From an uncultured Eubacteriales bacterium (GTDB taxonomy: Bacteria > Bacillota > Clostridia > Peptostreptococcales > Anaerovoracaceae): a stretch of 64,000 bases of DNA. Location of the stretch: contig CACYFZ010000004.1 in the NCBI GenBank assembly GCA_902773835.1, forward strand, positions 7,325 through 71,324, written 5' to 3'. Below the pieces are notes generated by a model, which saw only the letters and a list, made by a program, of their open reading frames with translations, searched no databases and was not told where the DNA came from. The position numbers and the translations under genes were made by a program. This document shows, piece by piece, positions 46,664 to 54,406 of the stretch (within the stretch, counting starts at the first letter, position 1; each line of letters begins with the position of its first letter).

Positions 46664-47617
46664 CTAATACTTATAAGCTGTGCCTTCGAGCTCTTCAATA
46701 TACTTTCCTGCCTGTGTAGCAGCGATAGCACCATCGGCAGCAGCAGTTACTACCTGTCTGAGACTCTTCTTGCGAATATCTCCGGCTGCGAATATGCCTG
46801 GGATATTTGTGTGCATGTCTTCGTCAGTGATGATATATCCTCTTTCCATTTCGAGTTTGCCCTCGAATACATCTGAGAGAGGCTTAAATCCTATAAATAC
46901 AAAGATTCCGAATGTTCCATCTTCCTCGTCTGCAAAAATCTCTCTTGTCTCTCCTGTCTGAGTATCTTTAACGATCATGCTCTCAACGAGTCCGTCACCT
47001 TTGATTTCTTCGATTGTCGTATTCCACATGAAGTCGAGCTTCTCATTGGCAAATGCCTTCTCCTGAATGGATCTGGCCGCTCTGAGCTGATCTCTTCTGT
47101 GGATGAGTGTAACCTGTCTTGCGAACTTAGTCAGATACATAGCTTCCTCTACCGCAGCATCTCCGCCGCCTACTACGTATACCTGGAAATCTTCAAAGAA
47201 TGCCGCATCGCAGGTTGCGCAATATGATACACCCTTACCTGTGAGTTCCTTCTCACCCGGGCATCCGATTTCTGTGTGAGTTGCTCCGGTTGTTACGATA
47301 ACAGCCTTAGCCTGGTACTCACCCTTTGTGCACTTAATCTTCTTGATGTCTCCGTCAAACTCTACGCCGGTTACCGTGTCTTCTACTCTCTCGCAACCGA
47401 ACTTGTCTGCCTGAGCTACCATACGTGCAATCAGGGAAGGACCTGTCTCACCTTCAATGGAGCCGGGATAATTCTCAAGCTCGTCTGTGATTACGATCTG
47501 TCCGCCGTATTTCTGCTTTTCGATAATCAGAGTGTCCATCTTAGCTCTTCCGGCATAGAGACCTGCAGCAAGTCCCGCAGGACCTCCTCCGATAATCACG
47601 ATATCATATGTTTTCAT
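46664..47617 (-). CDS. trxB: Thioredoxin reductase
   Basis: It contains GGGPAG, the CATCD redox centre and GGGDAA. The start is set at the ATG at 47617, after GGAGGTGGG. Confidence 0.85.
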   Translation of the reverse strand: MKTYDIVIIGGGPAGLAAGLYAGRAKMDTLIIEKQKYGGQIVITDELENYPGSIEGETGPSLIARMVAQADKFGCERVEDTVTGVEFDGDIKKIKCTKGEYQAKAVIVTTGATHTEIGCPGEKELTGKGVSYCATCDAAFFEDFQVYVVGGGDAAVEEAMYLTKFARQVTLIHRRDQLRAARSIQEKAFANEKLDFMWNTTIEEIKGDGLVESMIVKDTQTGETREIFADEEDGTFGIFVFIGFKPLSDVFEGKLEMERGYIITDEDMHTNIPGIFAAGDIRKKSLRQVVTAAADGAIAATQAGKYIEELEGTAYKY

Positions 47618-47737
47618 TTGACCCACCTCCATGAATCGAGTTGTTTGATTATTCTTTGGTTTTCATCGGTCAGAGGGACCCGCATTCGACAGGTTATAAA
47701 TGGATGACCTGCCGAATACGACTCCGACCTTTTCAAC

Positions 47738-48208
47738 TTAAGCTTCGGCGACCTGTTCGCGAATAGCATTCATCTCTTCGCAAATGTCGTCTACATCCAG
47801 CACCATTTCCATCATGCTGACCTGTTCATCATATACAGCCTCATCGATTTCAGCTTTGATTTCAGGCTCACATATGTGATAACACGCGAGTTTCAACGAA
47901 ACTCCGGCCAGACACCCTGCAAATGTAGGATCTCCGAGAGCTACTGTTTCAGCTGCGAGGCCTGCTGCCTCTCCTTCAGCTGCTCCAACCAGTACTACCA
48001 GATTATCTGCTCCGTACTGATCGTAGAACTCTTTAACTCTCTTCTGATTCTCCAAATCCATGGCTCCGGCGGCCGTTCAGACGAAGCACTCAGTCGAGTA
48101 ATATACGACCTCGGCTCCTGCTGACTTGGCACAGTCTGCTATCGCTGGACCCGGAATACCGTCACGGTCTCCGATTACGATAGCTTTCTTTCCATTCAGA
48201 ATAGCCAT
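47738..48208 (-). CDS. grdA: Glycine reductase selenoprotein A, with an in-frame UGA at 48077-48079
   Basis: Translation from the ATG at 48208 gives [58 protein letters not shown]... The track shows only the part after the UGA (47738..48061). Confidence 0.9.
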
Positions 48209-48264
48209 CTTGTTCTCCTTTCCTTTGTATTTTGTTTTTTTGTAAATGAAGATTATTTATCGAT

Positions 48265-48302
48265 GGACATAGGCCGAGAAATAGGGGCTCGCGGCCTATG
48301 CC
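48265..48302 (-). other. GC-rich intercistronic hairpin between DUF3841-A and grdA
   Basis: CATAGGCCGAG pairs with CTCG(CG)GCCTATG, giving an 8+3 bp stem with a 2 nt bulge. No U-tract follows on the minus strand. Confidence 0.55.
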
Positions 48303-48419
48303 ACCGTCTCTTAAGAAAGAAAGTGTTGCTACTTTCAATCTTAATTGACTGTAATTAATTGTCGCTCTTTGCTGGGAAACAAAAAGAGAATGGCTAATTG
48401 AGAGCATGTAAATAACCGT

Positions 48420-49001
48420 TTACTGCTCTAAAAGCGATTCTTTTTTAATGCACCAAAGACCCGCCTGGACGGCTCTGACTCCGTCATACTCCCCTCTTCT
48501 GATGGCATCATCATGACGAAGTAGTCTCTTCCAGCTGTCTGTGATTGTCCTTTTTATATCCGGATAGAATGGCTTCAAAATTGCTTCAGAGCTGTCTTTA
48601 ATTCCTCTTCTCTCCAGTTCTTTCTCGAAAGATTCTTCATCAGCTTCATTCTCCCCGATATAAGAGAGTCTTAGCACCTTGTACCAGTCATAAGCATCGA
48701 AGAAAACCGCCTCATCCTTCGGCACTTTCAGAACCATAATTCTGCTTCCGGATGAAGTATCTGCCATTTCTGCATCAGCAAAAGCCCAGTACGGATAATT
48801 GCTGCTGTCCGCACGAGGAACGATTTGCTCTGCCATTCTTATATATTCTTCATACGCAGACAGAAATATCTGCGCACTTTCCTCGTATTTCTTTTGTACG
48901 TACTCTCTCTTTGAATATGCGATGCCATCCCTTTCGACGGCCTCCCACACAGGCTCGGCCTGAGGTGAGTAAAGAATTACTTTATTATCTTTTCTATCCA
49001 T
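48420..49001 (-). CDS. DUF3841-family protein (paralog A)
   Basis: 193 aa with a GGGAGG RBS upstream. I recognise it as DUF3841-like, but a profile search is needed to confirm this. It shares YP.W...SYI.ENE.D...FYP.IK..I..SW.RL with the neighbouring gene. Confidence 0.6.
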   Translation of the reverse strand: MDRKDNKVILYSPQAEPVWEAVERDGIAYSKREYVQKKYEESAQIFLSAYEEYIRMAEQIVPRADSSNYPYWAFADAEMADTSSGSRIMVLKVPKDEAVFFDAYDWYKVLRLSYIGENEADEESFEKELERRGIKDSSEAILKPFYPDIKRTITDSWKRLLRHDDAIRRGEYDGVRAVQAGLWCIKKESLLEQ

Positions 49002-49534
49002 TCTTTCCTTACCTCCCAGACAATACCGTATGCGGTATCACTTCCGAGCCTCACGTTCTCATCAAACAATCTGTCCCAGCTGGCGATTATCTCAGCCTTT
49101 ATCTCAGGGTAAAAATCAGTCATGACAGCGCGAGCATCGGATATGCCGAGGCCTTTCATGTAATCAGTGTGCCTTTCCCGGTCGTCTTCGTTTTCGGGTA
49201 TATATGAATAATTTGTTATACATGTCCACTTGGCGGTATCAAGAAGAGCTATATCATCGCTTTCAATCTCAAGTTCCAGCACGACATAGCCATCTTCCGG
49301 TATCATGGTCGCTTCTCTTTCAAGCGATACCCAGACGGGATATCTGACATCATCAGGTCTTTTATCCGCAGTCGGAGAATGATCCGCGAGCCACTCATAG
49401 ATGCTGAGCATGATGTCTGCGGTATCTTCGAGTTCTCTTCGAATGAAGCCCTCGTCAGCGATGAACCTTCCGTTCCTGCTCAGCTGATCTAAGACTGCAA
49501 TATTCTGTTTGGTCCAGACTCTGACTTTCGACAT
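48977..49534 (-). CDS. DUF3841-family protein (paralog B)
   Basis: About 185 aa from the ATG at 49534 (MSKVRVWTKQNIAVL...). The track ORF begins at 49603. The 3' end overlaps the start of paralog A by 25 nt. Confidence 0.6.
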   Translation of the reverse strand: MSKVRVWTKQNIAVLDQLSRNGRFIADEGFIRRELEDTADIMLSIYEWLADHSPTADKRPDDVRYPVWVSLEREATMIPEDGYVVLELEIESDDIALLDTAKWTCITNYSYIPENEDDRERHTDYMKGLGISDARAVMTDFYPEIKAEIIASWDRLFDENVRLGSDTAYGIVWEVRKEWIEKIIK

Positions 49535-49571
49535 AAGCCCCTGAATCAATTGATACCTTAGTAGTGGAAAC

Positions 49572-49604
49572 GGTGCCGGCCTTGCCGGTAGCAAGGCCGA
49601 CACC
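49572..49604 (-). other. 14 bp GC-rich hairpin between grdB and DUF3841-B
   Basis: On the minus strand, GGTGTCGGCCTTGC-TACCG-GCAAGGCCGGCACC with one G-U pair. It is followed by GTTTCC, which is a weak U-tract. Confidence 0.55.
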
Positions 49605-49652
49605 CATCTTAAGTGATGTTATTCGTTTCCGTCTTCAGAACTTGTTAATTAA

Positions 49653-50966
49653 CTAGTCCTCAAAGATAGTCTGATCGCTTACCTCTGTCTCAAGAGCCTT
49701 GAGTGCCTTGAGGACGAGTTTGCGACGAAGTGCCTTCTCCTCATCCTTGTCGAGAGCAGGGTTGCCCAGAGGATGCGGGATAGCGATAGCAGGAACGATT
49801 CTGTTTGCTCCTACCGTCATGGAAATCGGAGTTACCGTACAAACGTGAACTACAGGGAGTCCTGCTCTCTCAAGTTCTTTTACCATCGTTGCGCCGCAAC
49901 GAGTACAGGTTCCTCAGGTAGAGGTCAGGATAACTGCATCCACACCGTCGGCCTTCAGTTTCTGTCCGATCTCCGCACCGTACTTCTTTGCTGAGGCTAC
50001 AGCAGTACCGTTTCCTACGGTTGCATAGAATTTCTCATGGAGTTTTCCGATAACGCCTTCTTTTTCTAGATCACGAAGAACGTCTACAGGAAGTACTCTG
50101 TCTGCATCCTGGTTGGCATATACAGGATCGTATCCGCCGTGAGCCGTCTCAAATGTGTTCTCATCGAGATCCGTAACTCCTGCGAGACTGTACTCACCGT
50201 ACTTAGAAGCACTTGAACTCTCAATGTGATCCGGGTTGCCCTTCACTACGATACCACCTGATGTAACCAATGCGATTGTGGCATGTGCCATGTCCTTAAC
50301 CGCAGGGTTAGGTGCAACTCTGTCGAAGTCAGGCATAGGATACTCGGTTGTGAACGGCTTATCTGCCAGCTTAGCCAGAAGCATATTTACGGCTCGCTTA
50401 GAGCCTCTTTCTTCTTCAAAGAAGTTGACTCTGACACCGTTATTCATATATCCTTCCTGGCTCGATGCGCCTATTTTTTCGCCCTTTACATACTTAAGAG
50501 CAAATGCTGTCATCTTCTTGACTGCATCTCTCATACCTGCAGCGCTGTCCTTTGTCTCGAGGATATATACCTTATCCTTGTACATGTCTGCACCGGGGTT
50601 CTCAACGTACATACCTGTCATAGCCTTGATGCCGAGTTCTTCCGCAACTGCGGATGCGATAGTTCCGCAAGCTACTCCGTAACGTCCTGCATTGAAAGCA
50701 GGGCCTGCTATGAAGAGATCAGGAGCAAGGTCTTTAACCCATCCGAGGATCTCAGCTTTAGCCTTGTCAATATTTTCGTTGAAATAGGAGTCTCCGCATA
50801 CGATAGTTGCAATTATCTCAGCTTCGTCTCCGAAACCTGCTGCGAATGCCGTGCCGGGTCCGATTACTTCTCCTTTATACAATTCTGCAGGGATGTCGGC
50901 TTTTTCCTCTCCGCCGATACCGGCAAAGAACTGATTTATGTAATGAACTACTTTGTATTTAGCCAT
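49653..50966 (-). CDS. grdB: Glycine reductase selenoprotein B, with an in-frame UGA at 49914-49916
   Basis: Track ORFs 49914..50999 and 49653..49886 join in frame across a TGA. The junction reads ...DAVILTST-U-GTCTRCGATMVKELE..., which is the UxxCxxC motif of GrdB. The start is set at the ATG at 50966, after AGGAGGAAAG. Confidence 0.9.
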
Positions 50967-50988
50967 TTTTCTTTCCTCCTTTCCCGGC

Positions 50989-52269
50989 TTATCTCGCACT
51001 CAGCTTTCCGAATCCCATCTCGTTGGTAGCACCGGTAATTACCTGGAGCTCTACTTCGAGTGAGCCGTCTTCTCTGAGCGTCTTATCACTTGCACCTGCT
51101 ATGAGATTGACATAATCGAGCATTCCGATTACCTTGTCAAGCTTTGGCAGAATGATTACTTCGTTGGCATTTCCGCCGGTTACTACGGCATCTGCTGCAG
51201 GGTCTGCGTCTGCAAGGGACTGTGACTTTCCGTCTCTTCCCGCATACTCATCCGTAACGATTACCGTCTTAACGCCTTCAGCCTCGATCTTCTTGCAGTT
51301 CATAATCAGGTCAGTATCAGGGTTTCCGAATCCTTCCTGAGTTACGATTACTCCGTCAAGATCAAGCATGCGGCAGAGCTTAGCTGTCATATTCGATGAT
51401 CTTTCTTTGTCTGCCAGATATACGTTTTCGTTTGTGATAATCTGGCAAACGAAGTTAATTGTCTTTCCGTGCTGTGCGAAGAGGTCCTCGATTACAGGGT
51501 TGTTCTGATGAACGTAAGTCGGGTTCTTATCGCAAGCCGATACGCAGTTGCCGGATACGATAGCTCCGTCCATAGCCTCTGTAGGACTGATAATTGTAGG
51601 GATAATCTTCTTGGCATCTACACCGTATACATATGTATCGTGAAGAAGACCCTGTGTCTGCAGCATGGAGACATATCCCACTCTCGGAAGATCCGGATAT
51701 TTCTCAATGCCTTCCTTAATTCCGCATGTTTCAAAAACATCAGTCTCATCAGGCTTGATGTCTCTGGCGAGTTCTCCGATCTTGGCAGCAACTCTGAACC
51801 CTGCCATTCTTACAGCCTTCTCATAGTCATGCTGCTTAAGATCTTCAACAGGTTCACAAACCATGCAAAGGTTAATTGTCTTTGAGAACGGTGTATAATC
51901 TGCTCCCGGTCCGCTCATATCGATAATTCCTTCCTGGAATCCGACAATCTTTCCGGCAGTAACTACAGCCATTCCCTTAAGGGCAAGTGTCTTACCGGAA
52001 CCAACGGTGTCAACCTTTGAAATCATTCCAGGGAATATACCTCCCTTTCCTTCAACCTTGACACGCGGTTCAATTACATCCTTTACCGGTGTGATACGTA
52101 CTGATTCGCCCGGTTTTGCGATTTCAAATACTACATCCTTGAGTTTTTCGTCCTCAAGTACCACCGGTTTGAGATCTTCCGGATTAACGAAGAGTACTCC
52201 GTTCTCGATTTTGGAGTTTTCCGCGAAACGGATATCGGTGATATTGATTTTTCCGATTTCCAATCTCAT
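50989..52269 (-). CDS. grdE: Glycine reductase proprotein GrdE
   Basis: 426 aa. The Asn241-Cys242 pair (SGNCVSA) sits at the position where GrdE proproteins self-cleave to form the pyruvoyl group. Confidence 0.85.
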   Translation of the reverse strand: MRLEIGKINITDIRFAENSKIENGVLFVNPEDLKPVVLEDEKLKDVVFEIAKPGESVRITPVKDVIEPRVKVEGKGGIFPGMISKVDTVGSGKTLALKGMAVVTAGKIVGFQEGIIDMSGPGADYTPFSKTINLCMVCEPVEDLKQHDYEKAVRMAGFRVAAKIGELARDIKPDETDVFETCGIKEGIEKYPDLPRVGYVSMLQTQGLLHDTYVYGVDAKKIIPTIISPTEAMDGAIVSGNCVSACDKNPTYVHQNNPVIEDLFAQHGKTINFVCQIITNENVYLADKERSSNMTAKLCRMLDLDGVIVTQEGFGNPDTDLIMNCKKIEAEGVKTVIVTDEYAGRDGKSQSLADADPAADAVVTGGNANEVIILPKLDKVIGMLDYVNLIAGASDKTLREDGSLEVELQVITGATNEMGFGKLSAR

Positions 52270-52376
52270 TTCAAATCGCCTCCTTTTTGGTATAATGATT
52301 GAGCTAACTTTTTTGTTGGTCGGAGCCGATTACGCATAGGGGCTGCGTAATCGTATCCGTTGTATAAGAAAAGAGG

Positions 52377-52769
52377 TCACTCGTCTGCTGCTTCGGCGGC
52401 ACTCGCCAAAAGACTCAGGTCCACCACCTGGTAGTCAAGAAGCAAATCATGACTTGTGTCCTCTTTCTTATGCGTAAATTTATTGTAGGCCGTAATAGCC
52501 TTGTTGATTAATTCTCTCGATTCATCCGAGCTTACGGCATCCCAAGTATAAGTTCCGGCTTTTTTCTTCAGGAGCAGGGATTTATATGGCGTTTCATTTG
52601 GCTTAACACTGCCGTAAAGCGGGTGATTAAGAAGAACGCAGCCTGAATCAATCATGTCTGCGGCAATCGAAAGAATTGATTCGGCAGGCACATCATAAAA
52701 ACTAACCCTATGGCTGTCTCCGAATTTTTCATTCACTTTTGGGTTGTTTGTCAGAATCGTGTAATCCAT
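52377..52769 (-). CDS. grdX: GrdX
   Basis: About 130 aa from the ATG at 52769 (MDYTILTNNPKV...). It is the first gene of the grd operon. Confidence 0.75.
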   Translation of the reverse strand: MDYTILTNNPKVNEKFGDSHRVSFYDVPAESILSIAADMIDSGCVLLNHPLYGSVKPNETPYKSLLLKKKAGTYTWDAVSSDESRELINKAITAYNKFTHKKEDTSHDLLLDYQVVDLSLLASAAEAADE

Positions 52770-52789
52770 CTGCCCGCCTCTCAATAGAT

Positions 52790-53012
52790 AAAAAAGAAGA
52801 ATGCCGCATTAACACGTACAGCATTCTTCTGTCTCATCATCCTTAAAATCTGATTCAGAAATAGGTGCGCCTATCGGTCCTTTTGCTTGAAAGTTTCACA
52901 CCAAATAATGCCAATCATCTGATGTTTGCCTCTTCAGCGGTCGCTGTAAAACGACTCTCTCCCGAAAGGAATAATCCCTCTGGATTCAATTATTGCCCCT
53001 ATTTCTTGATAA
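52790..53012 (-). promoter_or_regulatory. Glycine riboswitch: a single aptamer, a 5' accessory hairpin and a terminator
   Basis: The minus strand reads CGGGAGAGAGUCG..CGACCGCUGAAGAGGCAAAC....GUGAAACUUUCAAGCAAAAGGACCG. This matches the glycine aptamer core (GGAGAG...CCGAAGGAGCAA...CUCUCAGGCAAAAGGAC). The terminator AGAAGAATGC...GCATTCTTCT plus TTTTTT lies at 52790-52830. Confidence 0.75.
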
Positions 53013-53114
53013 AATGTTATCAATCTTGAGCCGGCATTTCAAGATGTATTATTGTTTTTCTTTGTATCTTTTTATACTGTTATTTGTTTTATCTATAATT
53101 TGATTAGCTTTACC

Positions 53115-54254
53115 CTACGCTTTTTCCTCTGTTTTATTCTTATACATCATATCATCCGCTGTATCTATTAGCTTCTCCGCTGAGGCGAGTGGTGAAATAC
53201 ACTTGGCATATCCCATAGACATTTCAATTATGTAGTCCAAATCCGCCTTTTTGGATTCTTCATCTATGTATTTCCTGATATCTGCAATTATTCTTTCCGG
53301 GTTCTTCGCATTAGGTCCCGATACTATAACGCAAAACTCATCTCCGCCCCATCTGGCTACGAAATTATGACTGTTTTCACGATACTTGTTCAAAGCCAGC
53401 CCTACGAGTCTGAGAGCCTTGTCTCCTTCTACATGACCATATGTGTCATTAATCAGCTTAAAGTTATCTATATCTCCAATGAAGAATAAGAGCGGTTCCT
53501 TTTCATTGGCTGTCATAATATGTTCTGCAAGATAACTGTCAACTGCCTTTCTGTTGCTCAGCTGCGTTACATTATCGGTAAAAATCTGCGATTGCAGCAA
53601 GTTGGTGTATATCAAAACCGTACCGAAGAGAAGTGCAAGTTCCATAACAGGCAGGTTTTCAGCAACTATGTCAAGAAGGCCGGCAGCAACCGGAAAAACC
53701 AAAAACGTCGCCTCTATATGATAACTCCTCTTTTGATTCTTTGAGCTTAGTTTTCTGGACTGCAATGTAATATGTGCCGTAGCGAAAACCAGATATGAAA
53801 CTGCCAAAATAAACATGGTCGGATAAAGAGGACCATGGATGTATTCATTTTTTTCATTGTAATAAAAAACCCACTTTGTAATCGGTGTCGTCAGAATAAA
53901 CCCCAGCGCGATTACGAGCGGCACCATAGATACTATTCTGAACGTCCTCATCTTTACAAAGTCGGTAGACAGTTTGGCCTCAACATACTTAAACCAATAA
54001 TATGATGCCATACATATGGATATGAGATTTATAACGGAGAAGAATGATCCGTCCCACTTAAGAAATCCGAAGTTTATCCACACCCACACCATATTGGACA
54101 AAACAAAACCCAAGTACCACAGAAGATAATTTCTGAAAGCCAGTACTTCCTGCTCTGAACCTAAGTTGATATTAATCTGAAACAATATTGTGGTAGCAAT
54201 TAATGCACACACCACCGTAACGAGAAAATATGCAAAAGTATATGTGAATACCAT
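53115..54254 (-). CDS. Membrane-anchored diguanylate cyclase (GGDEF)
   Basis: 379 aa with about 7 N-terminal TM helices, then a GGDEF domain (RWGGDEFCVIV). Confidence 0.8.
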   Translation of the reverse strand: MVFTYTFAYFLVTVVCALIATTILFQININLGSEQEVLAFRNYLLWYLGFVLSNMVWVWINFGFLKWDGSFFSVINLISICMASYYWFKYVEAKLSTDFVKMRTFRIVSMVPLVIALGFILTTPITKWVFYYNEKNEYIHGPLYPTMFILAVSYLVFATAHITLQSRKLSSKNQKRSYHIEATFLVFPVAAGLLDIVAENLPVMELALLFGTVLIYTNLLQSQIFTDNVTQLSNRKAVDSYLAEHIMTANEKEPLLFFIGDIDNFKLINDTYGHVEGDKALRLVGLALNKYRENSHNFVARWGGDEFCVIVSGPNAKNPERIIADIRKYIDEESKKADLDYIIEMSMGYAKCISPLASAEKLIDTADDMMYKNKTEEKA

Positions 54255-54304
54255 AAGCAGATTGTAACATAAATGAATTTATTACTAATGTAATATTACA
54301 AATC

Positions 54305-54341
54305 TTTTAATAAAAGGTGGCCGGGATTCTACCCGGCCACC
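54305..54341 (-). terminator. Intrinsic terminator after ygfK
   Basis: GGTGGCCGGG-loop-CCCGGCCACC forms a 10 bp GC stem followed by TTTTATTAAAAG on the minus strand. Confidence 0.8.
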
Positions 54342-54406
54342 CTCGTATGGATTATCAGCAAGTGATAAGTGTAAAGAGCGTTTTGTGAGCGAAAACGCTT
54401 ATATTC

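Noticed and set aside
48279-48289. GAAATAGGGGC occurs on the plus strand in the grdA-proximal hairpin loop and on the minus strand near 52990-53000. A related AGCCCCTAT sits in the grdX-grdE hairpin loop. Together these could be a shared motif.
   Set aside because: Over 128 kb of two-strand sequence, thousands of 11-mer coincidences are expected by chance, and the orientations are inconsistent.
48162-48407. An 81 aa ORF in the gap between DUF3841-A and grdA.
   Set aside because: It overlaps the grdA N-terminal coding region in another frame and spans the intercistronic hairpin. It has no RBS.
49653-50999. grdB is split into a 361 aa ORF and a 77 aa ORF, and grdA lacks its first 50 codons or so in the track. 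Either could be read as a frameshift or pseudogene.
   Set aside because: Both interruptions are single in-frame TGA codons. They fall exactly at the known Sec sites of GrdB (ST-U-GTCTRC) and GrdA (CFV-U-TAAGAMD).
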